Assembly (NCBI RefSeq): GCF_026571515.1
Contig: NW_026857342.1
Coordinates: 186,001-250,000 of the forward strand
Origin: Ruditapes philippinarum
Lineage: Eukaryota
DNA length: 64,000 nucleotides
Reading direction: 5' to 3'
Shown: in pieces, positions 38,492 through 52,894 of the stretch
Layout: each line of letters opens with the position of its first letter
Position numbering within the stretch: position 1 is the first letter of the stretch
The notes under the pieces: model-generated
The model's database searches: none
What the model was told of the DNA's origin: nothing
The model's input: the letters and a program-made list of their open reading frames with translations, nothing else
Made by a program: the position numbers and the translations under genes

Positions 38492-38629
38492 CTGCAATAT
38501 GATAATTAAAAGGTTTTATACTGTGTCTTTAAAAGATACACATCTATAATTATTGGTAAAATTCTTCTGACAAAGAACAGAAACCTGCTTAAATTTATCC
38601 TTTTATATAAGATATTTATTTTGTCTTAC

Positions 38630-39170
38630 CTATTTAACCGCTGCAAGCTAACATAATGCTCAATTTCTGGAATGTAACCAACGACAAGTGTTGGTATGTT
38701 ACTGTCTCCATCTCCAATGCTTATGTTAGGAGTATCCCCATGAACAACATCTATCTTGCAAGACAGTGCTTTGCACATATTCTGTAAACACACATGGTCT
38801 GCATAGGTTCCATTCTTTGACATTTTTTCAATATATTTGGTTAAGTCACTTGTCAAGAACTGCTCTAATTCCAATTTGTCAGTCTGAAAAATAAAATTGT
38901 AAATTGTATCTTTTTTGAATCTTTGATTTAAAAATATAAAATTACAAGTTTTTTAAATTAAAAATTTAATAATTAAATGAATTTCAGGCATGACTTTAAA
39001 ACTAAGCTTTATAATAAATACCTCTGATAAATTTTGCATGTGATGAATTACTTTGCTTCTCAACTGCGTGTGAGTATGTTCAGTCATCCCCAGGGCATCT
39101 AACTGATCACTGATGGCCCAAAAGAAACAATTGCCGTCATCCTCGAAAATCTCCCCAACCCTTTTCTGCG
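38630..39170 (-). pseudogene. OTU-family cysteine protease (deubiquitinase-like) domain exons inside the Sola2 element
   Basis: Exon 39170-39022 VGEIFEDDGNCFFWAISDQL...LRSKVIHHM; GT-AG intron 39021-38884; in-frame exon 38883-38630 ...YIEKMSKNGTYADHVCLQ...LVVGYIPEIEHYVSL. The OTU D-G-N-C and H-Y motifs are both present. Confidence 0.85.
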
Positions 39171-39721
39171 AATTTTATTTTCAAAATTCACTTAGAGTTT
39201 TCATTTTTATGCTCTGTTGAGTTGTTATAAGACTCAATGCTTTCTGTAAGCACACCTCTCAGGTTAGTCTCTCTCTCACAATGGTTAGTATTACTAGCTA
39301 CTACTTTATTTAAGGATAGGTATAAAGCAAAAGCGGAGCAAAATGCAGTGTTTTTAGCAAAATTCAAAGGGTTAAAATAAAAGACTAAGGACTACAAAAA
39401 GCAAAGCAGAGAAGCAAGCAAAACTGAAAATTGAATATGTAGGAACTGCATGCAAAAATGTGATAGCAAAAAATGATTGCAGAATTAACAGTAATTATCA
39501 TAGATGAAAAAAAAAAAATTACTGTATGTCTTTATTGTTTTATTGACTTGGTTACCATTTAGAAATAATGTCAAATCTTATCATACTAATTGGCATACTT
39601 GTTTAAATGAGTTTTATAGGATTTAAGAATTGAAAATTGTCAAGGATACAATGATCAGATGATACTGTATCAAGTTCATGATAAATTTTGTTCTTCATGG
39701 ATTGTTTTACCTGTAGCCAAA

Positions 39722-42060
39722 CTAAAGTGTTTTTGGATTTTTTCTGTACTGACTATACAAGCAGTGACCCTGTTGGCCACCAGTACAGACAACACATATA
39801 CAACTCAGGTCATAGCAGGTGAGCACATCTGTACTTGGGTGATGCTGGGAAATCATATGAAAAGAATGTGTTCCTTTCAGAGACTTAAGAGTTTGTTTGA
39901 TCTTTGGTACGGATATCTTGATTTTCTTGTATGGCATGAAGATAATCTTTTGATTGATCTTCTCATTTGGATTTTGAGAAAGAGCAAGATATACTTGGTA
40001 GGCATTGTTTATGACTTTGCCTCCAAGAATGAGACGTTCCAGCTTTCTTTTGATTCCAGCACCAATGCCATCACTTTGACCTTTGCCATGTCCAGACTCC
40101 ATGAAATGGTAGATAACCTTGATGTCAAAAGTTTCTTGAAGAAGTGTGATATGATTAAATGCTTTGCTGCATTTGTATTGCGCTGCACAATTGTCAGTGA
40201 ACCTATGGATAACCTTTAATGGACAAGGACCTGGGTTCTTTGCAAGATGACCTATCAACTGTGTTGTAAATGTATAAACAACATCGGCATTGTGTGCTAA
40301 GTAATCAGATAGAAAAACAATTGACTCTTTCACAATCACTGGATTTTCTATTGTACTTTGTGGGTCATGTCTTTTTCAATTTTGTCCGTGTTGGGCTTTC
40401 TTTAGGGATTCTGTATTTATCTATGTTACTATAAAAACCGATGTAATGTAACTTGTTTTGTAGTCCAGTGAGCTGATTTCTATCTCATCTTGAGGTTGTA
40501 GGAGAAATGTTCTCTGAAAAGTCCATAACAACCAAGCAGTGGTCCAGAGGAAGGTCTGAAAGTAAGTAGGCTTTCCATTTTATAATTGGAAATTTGCTCT
40601 AAATAAATGGCTTGAATGACTTTTCAAGAGATTTAGCAATATCATGTACAAGATCTGCAACACTGCAGGTCTTTTCAGCTTGTATCCAGCGAGTTGTATG
40701 CTTTTTTATCTCCATCTTTAGAAATATTAACGACTCTTTTGAGGACTCCCATTGGTAGTACTTTGCCACAACACTGTTTCAGGCACATGCCTGAACAAGT
40801 GGTTTCATAGGTGTTGGACAACGATAGCAGTTCCACAATCGAACACATTGCCTAATCAACACATGAATTTTAGGGATGTCTTCAATATGGGCACAGAGAA
40901 TAAAGTTTGACAGCTTTTAGGGGTGGCTTTTTAATAATGGCATTGACTGCTGCTGGGCAATCTTATTCAAATTGGCTTCAACTTTTTGTTCAAAATTGAA
41001 ATCTTTTGTGCAAAGTGACATACAGACTCCCTTCTGCATGTCAAGTTCTAACCGTTTGAAATTTCTTAGGAATCATTTTTCTTAAAAGTGCTGAATTCTC
41101 CTTACCCTATAATCTGGAATTGAATAGCTTTTTAAAGCTCCTTGAACAAATTTTCCAATTTTTGTACAGAGCAGATGAACGGCTTTGGAACATGCCTGCC
41201 CATCTATCAAAATTGGTTTGTCCTTTTTGTTTGGCATTTTCTTGAATGTTCGTCAAAAGGAAAGCTTAGGTAGTTTTGGGCATCCATGATTGTTTAAATT
41301 GAGTGGTTTTGACAATCTTTTTGCTTGTTTGTTTTTTCTTCGTTTGTATTCATTTAGTGATTTTTTGCTATTCCAGAGTGAAGTGCTTTTTTTCTGAAAA
41401 AGCCAACTTCTTTTTTGCACCTGCCTGTTCCTTGTTAGGCCTTCCTTGTCTTCTTAATTCAAGAGTTTCTAGCAGATTTTCAGTACCTGGACTAGATGTT
41501 ACTCAAATTAAGCAAGACCTCCTCTTAGGTGTAGCATGTTTTATGATATGGCTCATTGTTTTGGCCCAGTAGTTGGAATCTTCAGGCAAGGACTTTCGAA
41601 CACGTTCAGCTCTTTTGCGTAATGTTGAATGTTGATCAACTTTCTTTTTACAACTGTACCTCACATTTGTGTTTGCTGTTTCAATGTTTAGTGTTTTGCT
41701 TTTACGTTTCCTACTGTCTTTTGTCCACTTTCTTTGCTTTACTTTACACTCTCTGTCAAAATTCTCATCATTTTCTCTCTTCAATTTTTGTTTAGATTTA
41801 TATGCTTTGTTCTCTGTTTTTTTCTTTTCTTTTAATTCAAGTAGCTTTTGTTTATAGACAGGGTCATTTTTAAGTTTTTCACGGTATTTACGAACCCGTT
41901 CTTTTGAAGATTTTGTTGTTTTTTTCTTTGTTTGTTTCTTGTCATCATCTTGTTTTTGTCTTGTTATATTTGTAGAAACATGTGATTTTAGAGCTCTTTC
42001 AATAGCAGGAAGGCTTACTTTTAGTTTTTTCATACTTACTTCAATTGTTTATAAGACTGC
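39722..42060 (-). pseudogene. Sola2-type transposase, frameshifted
   Basis: K/R-rich N-terminus (SSKERVRKYREKLK), VVMDFSEN at ~40520, IVFLSD..H..V, FTDNCAAQYKC, ESGHGKGQSDGIGAGIKR, Cys-rich SCICVVC; interrupted by a 52-bp retroposon. Confidence 0.85.
40373..40424 (+). mobile_element. 52-bp 3' end of structured family 1, inserted in the transposase coding region
   Basis: TTTTCAATTTTGTCCGTGTTGGGCTTTCTTTAGGGATTCTGTATTTATCTAT matches the reverse complement of 8591-8641. Confidence 0.85.
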
Positions 42061-45000
42061 TGAAAATAAAACAAAGTTAACTACAATTGCTGAAAAAAGA
42101 AAAAAAAATGTCAGGAGTGTAACACTTTTCACTATTCTCACATATTAACTTATATTGCATACAAATTCTTCAATAACTGTATATAAATGCTTTGTTCTGC
42201 AAAGAGTATATATATTATTTTAATTTCTCAATAATTTACTAAGTGTATTATCATTAGATTATATGATTATACTTGTCAATAGTAGACATTTAGGAAATTT
42301 TGATGTTATTTAAGTAAATATACTTAATATCAGAACTTAAGCATTGTTTTTTTAAAAAAAAAACTACTAAATTACCTTTCCTCATGAATAGTGGCAAGAA
42401 TCATTTTTAGATATGAAATTTACATGTTATATTCATGAAATAGTTACAAGGTTAAAAGATGCAAAAATAGTGTTACACTCCTGACGTCACTTATGATCAT
42501 GTACAGAAAGTACATGATTTAGTTAACTTGAACTAATGTCACTGCTGACATCACTTGGACTCATGTTTCTGAAAAAGAAAGAATATATTTATATAACACC
42601 ATGTATGCAATAAGGAAATCAGTAAAAGTACAAGATGTTACACTCCTGACACTGAGCACTGTCATTATTTTAAATCGAAACCGAGTCAATAACATTTAAA
42701 GCATAGAAAAAAGAGAATTTATATCCTTAACTATATACAATGGTCAAAATGTTAGAAGCAAGGAAAAGCTGTTAATAACAAAGAAATAAGCAGAAATTTT
42801 ACTGTTAGTACAAACCATGCATTTTTTAAAGTACATTTTATTTTACAACGACTGACTTTAGTGACTGGATAACCAAGTGGGATACCTACATTTTACAAAA
42901 AAAATAAGAAAAAGCAATTGCAAGAGCATTAGATATATAACATAAGTAACAAAAATTGTCATTTAAGAAACTGTTTTTCTGTATCAGGAGTAGAGAATCA
43001 TCATTTGTGTAAAATGTCACACTAAAAGTGTTACACTCCTGACATTTTTGGGTAATTTTTTTCTTGCAAATTTTTCACTTGTAGCATGATGTCCCTTAAA
43101 CTTGGCATATTTTACAACTCTGATAGATGCTATATTTAGCACATATAACAATATATACATCTATTAAAATATTAGTCTGGGTAGCCTTTAAATGTTTGGC
43201 CTCATTATTTTTGACTTTACCCATAAGAGAATCGCATTCTGGAGCATGCGTTGCGTTATTTTGTCAGTTGTTCTTATTAAAGTGATCAAACGTTACATTT
43301 AAAAAAAGCATATTCCATTTTTCCCCAAATAGACTTCATATTTAGTGTTCAAACCGTCTACAGTTATTTGGTACGCTTTCCACTCGCGGTTACAAAATAA
43401 ACGCACTGTTTGATACAATTTTAATAGTCCTCAGAACGAGTCTTGTTTTGCATTTTGCTTTGTTAATTCACCATACTATATATTTTTACCTGTTGCTCTG
43501 TTTAGCATATAAACCTATCGTTTAAATGTAATTCTACTTTGAACAAAATATTCATAGTAACTATACAAAGCCTTGATATAGTTTTTAGGATAATAATTAG
43601 CTGTGATCAGGAATAACGTTCAATGTCATACTTTCTATTTCTGGCCTGGAGTTTTTAACTTGAAAACGTAACAAAAAGTCATTTACATATATGTACACAT
43701 TTCTACTTTTTAGACAACCATACTTAACTTTTGCATATCTTTGCTAATTGGAAGACAGAGAAAAAAATAGTAAAAGAACAGTTTTTTTTTGCTGATACTT
43801 TAAAATTAGTAAAACGAAAAAGAATAACGTGTAGTCTCAATTTAAAAATTATATGGATGAATGGATACATGTAAAAACAAAGCGAACTAAAAATTAAATT
43901 CCACTTGTATAAACCAATGTTATATGTAGCTTATCTAATATTTAACACGATTTGAAGTAAATATTTTATCGTAGAATCACAGCATGAACTTGACATATGA
44001 TTCATAAGATCCAATATTTTATCCGATTGTTGTACATTACATCAAATATAAACTTAAATATTGTTATTTTTCAAGGCAGTTAAGCACAAATGACATATGG
44101 ACATATGACATATGAAGTTAAATACAATTTTCTGAATTACACACAAACATAAATAGGAAGGTTGATTTAAATTTATTTGATTACAAACTAAACTTAAAGT
44201 CCTATGAAATATATGTAAGTGTGCAGACCTATGTTCCGAAATTATTTGAAGCCACTAAGGTATATAAAATGTATTGTTGTGTCTAGCAGGCACAACAAGG
44301 TATGATTTGTCAAACAATTTAGCTTTTTACAGACTGAAAATTTTCTCTAAGTGGATGCTAAGCAAATCAGGTTAATCAAGATAAAATCAGGAAATTGAAC
44401 AATTATGATTATAATTTATGTACTTAATATTCAGAAATGTGTCTGTTTAATGAAAGTAAAGCGGAAATTGAATAAAGGAAGAAAGAACATTCATTTTATT
44501 ACATGTAACCCTGTACAGAATTTATTCCTTAACCAAACATATGTCACGTAGTTAGCAATGTATGGGAAGCAAGTCATTAAAAACTACGAATTTAAAAAGA
44601 ATTACAGAGAATAATGAATTGTTCTCTTCCTTTTTAGTCGTTTTGCCCTTTTACCCTCCTTGTCTGATAAATGAAACTGTAACTAAAATAGAATAATAGT
44701 TTTGTCTTTAATCAGCTTGAAATAACGACACTGTACCACAGTCAATGATAAAGCATTTGCCTTAAAAGTGTATCTGCTTTGATTTGCTTAGTTTAGATTA
44801 CTACGTAAGTTAATACGAGTAAACTGACTGCCTAATTGGAAACAAACTGTTCTTTAGAGGAACGGTGAATAATTAATACAGTAAACGAAGACAAAAAGTT
44901 GATTAAAAAAGAAATTGTCACTAAAATGTTACTAAAAAGTGTTTTAATTAGAAAGCTTTACTTAGGATGTAGGCGTCAAAGGAATATGTTTCGAATTTTG

Positions 45001-48000
45001 CAAACGTTTAAGTCTTCAAATGATTACTTTACTTTAAACTAAGTGTGGTATCAAAACATTAAAACGTTTAAATCTTAATAGGCATGCTCATGTTCTATAA
45101 CTATTCCGTGCCATTTTGTGAAGCCTTTCTTTTGCAATTTTTAGATGTAATTATATATTTTTCAATGCTCCTTTCAAGAGATATATACTTGTGTCAACAT
45201 TACAGTCCATTTAATAAATGTGCATGACATGTGTGTTTCTTAAATTGAGAACAGTGCATTGAGAATAATCGCCGGAAAGCCTTTTGAAGGACCTCCAATG
45301 TTAGATTAAACAAAAACATATTTTACTTGTTTTCATTTGTTATTTTATTCTAATATGATGATAGTATGCAATATAATTATGTAGCAAATTTCCCCTGGTA
45401 TACTTTTCTTTAGATTTTATTTGAACCACTTTGTTTAAAGTTAAAATGTGAAATGAAATAAATATGATAAGATAAACAGATAATTTCATAAATAATTGAA
45501 ATGTAAGATAAAGTCGCAGTTAAAATAACTTGTGTTTTGTCAAATGTGTATAATATATTTTTTTAAGAATCAGACTTGGTTAAAATAGACAATTTAACAG
45601 CAAATTAAACAAAAATGAAGAACGATTTCAAAAGTTTGGTGCAGCTGTAAAAGTTGCCCCGAATTTCAGTGCAGTTTTATTTTTCTGATTTTTCAGGATT
45701 TATGATTTAGCATATTAAGAGTTTGAGATTAAATACTACTTTTGAATACCCATTTAGACCGCTGCTGGGGTGCATGAGGGATGTTGCACTTTTTCACATC
45801 CCTCATGAATAAACTGAATCAAACCGTATCTGCAATTTTCATTTAGTTTTGCTGCTTATTGGTTCCAAGGAACTTCAATTTTCAAGACTGTCTAACTTTT
45901 AATTAAAAGTACCTTACTACCGATCACTTACGAAGGAAATTAATAGAAATGCTTGTAGGTCTCGTAAGTTAATGATTATCTATGTGTAACAAATTAATGA
46001 ATTGGAAATTTTTTTATAATAAATGTAAAATTATTATCATGATTTTTTTCTAAACAGTCATCATTTAGACACGTATGAGCATAATGTCACTTTAACTCCG
46101 TTTAATCATATTGAATAGAAAGTTGCAAGTGGCACAAATAAAATGATGAATACTCTAACTTGGGTCCAAAGTAATAACGGATTGCAGTATATCGACAGAT
46201 TTCAGACAAACGTTTATGTATAAAGGATTTTTTAAAGCTCAATTAATCTCTATTTGTGTTTTGTTTTTCTTTAATAGTTAAATTCACCATTTCATGTAGT
46301 TTCAAAAATGTTTGTTTTATATTCTCTGCTATTGTTGTATGACCAATATGACAAAAGGCTTGGCGGATCAACGACCCTTTCACTATGTAATCCAATTTAC
46401 CTGAGTCTCTTGAACCCCACAAAATTTTGAAACATCTGCGTTCGTCACATATAACAGGTCATTGTTCACCGTGACTCATTATTTATAATATAACAGATCT
46501 GTACATTGTCTGGTGATAGATTTGAAGCAAAAGCAGACACATACGTATACATTATCAAAGAATATGATGCATTGTCAAATAATTTACCTCAAATAAAAAC
46601 ATTGTGAAAGACCTTACACGGCCGTTTAAAACTTCCTAAATGTTCCTTATTCGATGTAATCATTATCGTACATTAAGTATTTTTATACTCCAAACGATGC
46701 AAATAATTCGATAAATATGTGTTGTGCATAATATTATATTTTCTTTCTCGATTCTTAATATTTTGAAGACATTGTACATGTTTGGAGAATAATAGTTTCG
46801 CTTATTAATCTTCTTTGTTTGTTTTCTGTTCTTCAATTTTTCCAAATCCTTTCTTGTGTTTACTATGATGAATAAACAATGACTTTACTGTTTTGACTGA
46901 TAATCCAGTTATTACAATTCTGCACGCCAGTACAACAGGTACTATTAGGCTTCATGAATTGGTAGCTTATTTACCCACATGTGATGTAGCGTTCTACTTT
47001 TCCAAGGATTCAACGGTTTAATATGTTCATTTAATCTATTTCTAAGAACTGTGTTCTGTAATTTAGTTTGAATTGACAGCTTAACTAGTTACAAATCTGT
47101 ATTGAAACAGGAACAGTGAATTTCTTATGAAGTTAACACTAGTCTAGGAGCAAATGTACTACAACAACTGGACGTTTGTAATGATTAAAATGTTTTACGT
47201 AAAGCAAGTGCATATTTTATTTTGCCATGCTGAATTTTATAAATATGTTAATATATTTGTACAATTATACAATTTATTTTAGTATTATGCTTCTTATAAA
47301 ATATGTGATAATGGTTTTGGCATACAAAATGTCATGAAGAAACAAACATTGTTAAGCACTTTCAATTAAGTGTAAATTTATTATCTATATAACTGGATAT
47401 TTATTCCCGGAAAAAATAGAGTGATTTCTTTTTGAATTTTGTCTGAATTTCTTTTCTTTTCTAAGACTTTTAGAAATGTTATACATTCTGTAAGTATTAA
47501 CAAATCGTTAGTTAATGTAATAATTCTGGTAAATATTGCAAAATACGCTTATGTAAAAATTTAAATTAATATCTTACAACATGTCATAATCACTAACAGA
47601 TTTATGTTAACAAAACTCATATTTTCATTAAGCAACCTACTTACGATCAAACGATTTTACTAACTGAACAAATGTAAGTCATTAAATAGTATGAATCATT
47701 CAAATAAGCATTCCTTGCCATAATCGTCACAGTACAATTAGTGATTAGAATATGAAATTATTTTGGTGCAAGACACAGATAAAGTGGTGTTTTGTTAATT
47801 CTGAATACTATCAATGAAAATGTCGTTGTAGACTTTCTTTAAGATTTCCATTTTCGACCTGTATACTTTCAGCACGAATGTACCGTAATTGATTACAGAA
47901 CATAAATAAGCAATTAATTATGAAGCAATTTCCGGTTTGTAGTTATTTCTGTTCATACTTTCATCAATTCTAGAGCATTATTGTTAGCAAGTTTGCTGTA

Positions 48001-51000
48001 TGTGCGTCTGCTACATCAGATGTTGGATGACATTTTAACACATGAAACAAAGATTAACATATATAGCCTTATTAATTGATTCATCTGGATGAGAATAAAA
48101 CACATACAAAGCGTCCGGAGGTCTGATGCGTGTCAAGGAAACAGTGTCATGTAGATGAAAAACTTGATTTGCCGTATATTATGGTGCAAGCAAGAGACAT
48201 TTCTATAAAACTAGAAGGTCAAATGTGTATCGTACAGTTCTTTCTTGTTTTAAAATTATCTTATATTATTTATATAATATATATTAACACGAAAAGACAT
48301 TCATAATATTGCATTAACAATAACACTGAAAATAAGAATATTTGGGGTGTTTTGGTTGTTTTTCATTCTGAGTAACGTAAACACTCTTTAGTCCATACGG
48401 TTAACTGGTGGAGGAGAACGAAATTAACGTGAACATTTTGATTTCTACAAAGATTAAAGTTTTCGTGAAAGTTCACGGTATACAATCTTTTTTACAGTGA
48501 TGCTATTACTCCCGAAGTATATTTTTTACCAATATATAGTTTACTCCTTTGAAGGTAACTATATTAGTTATAAAACTCCTTTAAAATATGTAAACATTAT
48601 GCTCTTTTTATTATATAAGATCTTTAATCATGCTAAAAACATGATTTTAACATCTCTTTGGTGGGAACATTGACTATAGATGCTTGAGACTTTATTGGAC
48701 AACTGTTCAAAATTCATACTCGACAATTTTAAGAACCATTTTTCTACAATATAATGAACTATTTATATCTTAAATGTATTTATATCTGTGAAGTCGAGTT
48801 TTTATTATTCAATTTATTCTAACATGCAAAAATGCTATCATATACATGATACAAAATTGAATAATCTGCCATAAAGGTAATATAACTCAATTATACCTTT
48901 GCTGAACAATCTTACAAATCAAGAGAACAAATTAACAGAACCTTAGTTCTATGCAGCCCACAAAATTTAAGGAACATTATATATGTAGATGTAAATAATT
49001 TAAAGTTTCTCTCATGGAAGACATTTAGTAAATTATAGTTTACTTATTGTTTTAACAAATTTCCCACTTGTAGTTATATCTGGTCATGAAATGCGCCGGT
49101 ACCAATTTTCTTTGCAAGTTTGCTGAATGTATGTCTGTATCGTAGGAAGTTTAAAGAGCTTTTAACACATCAAACAAAGATAAACATATGTTGTCTCATC
49201 AATGAAAGTTACAGAGAATAAAACATAGATTAAGCGTCCAGAGGTCTAATGCATGACAATGAAACAGGTCTATGTAGATAACAATATTGATTTGCCAGTA
49301 CTAGAGAGAGAGATACAGTGGTGTGCATATTCGTCTAAGAAATATTCTAGAGATAGGTTCTTGAAAAAATAACCCGTTTGTCAGAGCCCTCTTTTGTCTT
49401 GGATCGATAAGACCACTTTACTGACGTTGAATACTTGAATACGTTTTGTTGTTGCTTTTGTTGTTGTTATTTGAATGAATACTCGTTTACCTTTAAACAT
49501 GAACATTTGCGATTTGTTAGTTACTAAATGGGCATAATGTGTTAACGTTTGATGTTGCTAATGAAGTATTAATAAGTGTTTAATTTAAAATATGAAATTT
49601 TATAGGTATTTATTGATAAATGATGCTAAATTTGCTAATAAATATGGTACATGCTACTTAAAAGGTAAATATTTTCAGATCTACACGGTAAAAGTATTTC
49701 ATATTTGACAAGATCAAACAAATGAATATACTTATTATGAGAATTAAAAAAAAATAAAAACAGCCCCTCATTTCCGTAAATGTTTTACATTGCGTCCTTC
49801 TTTTCAATGATTTGCTCTCTTTTGTTGTTCCATCTTTTTTTTAAAATTATTGTGCTTATATAGACATTTTAAAAACTGAAATTTTCTCACCCTTGCTATT
49901 TTAATTAACAAAATTAAGCTAGTTTTATATTTTAAATAAACGATATTCCTTAAATCACACAATTACTGTCCAACATTAAGATATTTATAATAATTATTTG
50001 CTTATCGCGACATCGTTTTGAAAGTCAGATAACACAAAAAAAACATTTGAAGACGTATAAGTGCCTTACAACTATACCACTTAAATAAGTTCAAAGGTTT
50101 CAAATCAAGGCAATAATTATGAACGTTCAATGTTTTTCAGTTGGCGCCAGTAAAGCAATTATACTTGTAACAACTCATTTAAAGATATCATTAGCTGAAA
50201 CATTTTTGCATTCAAGAAAGAAAAAACTTGATTGAACGCTTGATTTATACATTTGTGTTGATTCCCTCTTTTTGGCCATTAATGAAAAACAATATAACTT
50301 TATCAAATTATAGCCAAATCAGTTCTTCCCAATATTCCCAAAACGATTTTAGGAAACTTCTAAAGGCTTTTTTTTCTTCCTTCTTTTTCCCTTTAAATGT
50401 GTAGCCAATTTTATCACTTGTTATATAAGATTTCCGTGATAAGGGCCTATTTGTGTTAAAAATAAGAGACAGTGTCGCTTTTGTAGCTTTATTAAAACAA
50501 ATAATCTAAAACGAAACAGACTTAATTATTAATTTTATAATTATTATAGATGTGTCAATTTTACCACTTTTCATAATTGAAAAGTAGGTAATTTAACGCA
50601 TTTGTTCAAACATTTGAGAAATAGTTGATTTGAGTTGTTGTTGTTGTTGTTTAGATTCTGAGGAGTCGTACAATTTAATCTAAAATAACGTGAATTTTTT
50701 TTGCAAATTTCTGTATTTAATATCTAATTATTCATAAGAGAAACTGAAATACAAAGTCATAAATGACTACGACTATACCTTTGAAATACACGTGTTTTAC
50801 AATGAATTTGGCACTCGACTAATGTTTCAAACGAAATATATGCAATGATATTATTCATACATTGTTTTCTTATTTGTATGTCAATTCTAATACATTTTTG
50901 TTCATATCTCGATGATTTGCCAACCTTACAGGCTTTATCTGTTAACTTACTAGTCATATGTCACGACGAAATTTTACCACGCCCGAGGATCCAAATCCGA

Positions 51001-52894
51001 ACCGATGCTTTCCGTATTGAGTTATGAACGCTATAAGATTGGTATATTTGAGTTTTGATATGTATTTACATCAATATATTTTACTATCTTCAATAGCTCC
51101 GTGAAATCAGAAGTTAGGGAGTTGATGTCTAAAGTCGACTTTTATAAACAATGCCTAAATAAATGGCCATGTTCGAAGATTAAAAATAACATACAAACAC
51201 AGTATTCTGGAGAAAATACGTGCGGGCGTGATAAGCATTCATGACTCAGTCGCAATTTTGTAAAGTTAACAGCCATTTAACGTTCAGTGTCTTGGTAAAC
51301 GTGGTAAAGGGATTCCTTTTTGACATGGTTTACCACTTGATGAAGATCAAAAACCAATTACTATTTTGCTTAATTTCAGATTATTTATTAAAACGTTTTA
51401 CAATAATAGTGTGCACAATTATCTGAAACATATAAACGTCTTTAAAGAGTTTAACTGAAATCTTGCAAAGAATCATGTTTTCATGTAATTTTGTACAAAG
51501 TCATGTTATTTATTTCTGTTAATATAGTCGTAAAATTAAAATCGTTGTTTACCTTTTTGTCAAATGCAAATCAGTAAACTTTTAAAAGATTAATCGACCT
51601 AGTGTAATTGTTTAAAACATTAGTTAAAATCGAAGTAATCACCACGTGACTGAAAAATTCTATCTGCTATAATTTGTCGCAGATAATAAATATAAATCAA
51701 TAATGATCATTTATAACGATTTGTCAACGAAATGAAGAAAAATGGAGAACAATTTCTCCTACCATTACTTAATTCTATTTAAGCGATTAAATTGTGCGAT
51801 TTTATACCGTGACACAATCTAAACTGTTCAATGAAATACCGGATATTAAAAGATTATTCCGTTAGAACACGTCGATTAAATCAATTACGGTGACAATTGA
51901 TCATGCAATCAATCTATAACACATCCTTCTTAATTTGTATTTAATCTCCTGTTCCCAAACAATACATTCTTATACGACGTTTATTCGCACTGTCTTTACC
52001 TGTGCACAAGTTATTCATATTTGTAATATTTTGTCCTTGTATTGCATTATTTTAAACGGAAATATTTCTTGTAATACCATACTAATAGTACGAACTTAAT
52101 AACATTAATTACTGCTCCATATTATTTGGAGGTTTATTAAAGAAACAATTTTGTTGAAAGGACAACACAATAAATATCTAATTTAAGGAAGAGTACAATA
52201 CTTTTCTAGATAGACATGATTGTAAACATAGACTATGAGTTCTTGAATATATGCGTTAAAAAACTAAGGACAACCCTATTAGTTTGATACATTGATTATA
52301 TGTTTTGTTCATTGCATTTTACGATATGTTGTCATCGATCTTTTTTCTTTTTTCAGCTTATAATGAAATATTATTTAGCACTTGTTATTCATTGAACTGA
52401 TTATATAATTTCATAATTTTATTGTTTTAATAAAATGGAGAAAAACGGAATCCCTATAGAACGGCTCAAACAAAGTAAAATCATGCAGCCTCGGTTAGAT
52501 TACGTGTGCGACTTGAGAAGTCTTTAATAAATTTGATTGCATATAGACAAAAGATACAGTTTATTAAATATCAGCTTCAACTTTTATCTCAACTTATGTA
52601 CGAATTACATGTTTTGTTTTACTGCGTCTATTTTACGTTTGAGATTGCCTGAATAACATTTTGTTTCAAATGAAATTATAATATCGAGTTAAAAGTAATG
52701 ATTCCAGCTGCATGAATGGAGTTTTTTCCAAAATACAACAGAAACCCTTATTAATGAAGTGATATATTTATGTAGTCTGAATACAATATTAAATAAAAAC
52801 TGATTTATATATGATTTCTAGACTGCGGCAGCTTTTATGAAAGATGAGAAATTACTTAATTAAATTTTATGCTGGTCAGCTTTTAAATAAGTTG

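Larger units (their letters stand above)
36772..43222 (-). mobile_element. Sola2-type DNA transposon, 6451 bp, both ends intact
   Basis: TIR GGGTAAAGTCAAAAATAATGAGGC at both ends (24 bp perfect); 4-bp TSD ATAA (36768-71, 43223-26); GRG termini; Sola2-type transposase motifs. Confidence 0.88.

Noticed and set aside
39659-40219. 186-aa plus-strand ORF, and similar ORFs at 35479-35790, 38003-38275 and 41303-42148
   Set aside because: Antisense shadows of the transposase and RT frames; no motifs of their own.
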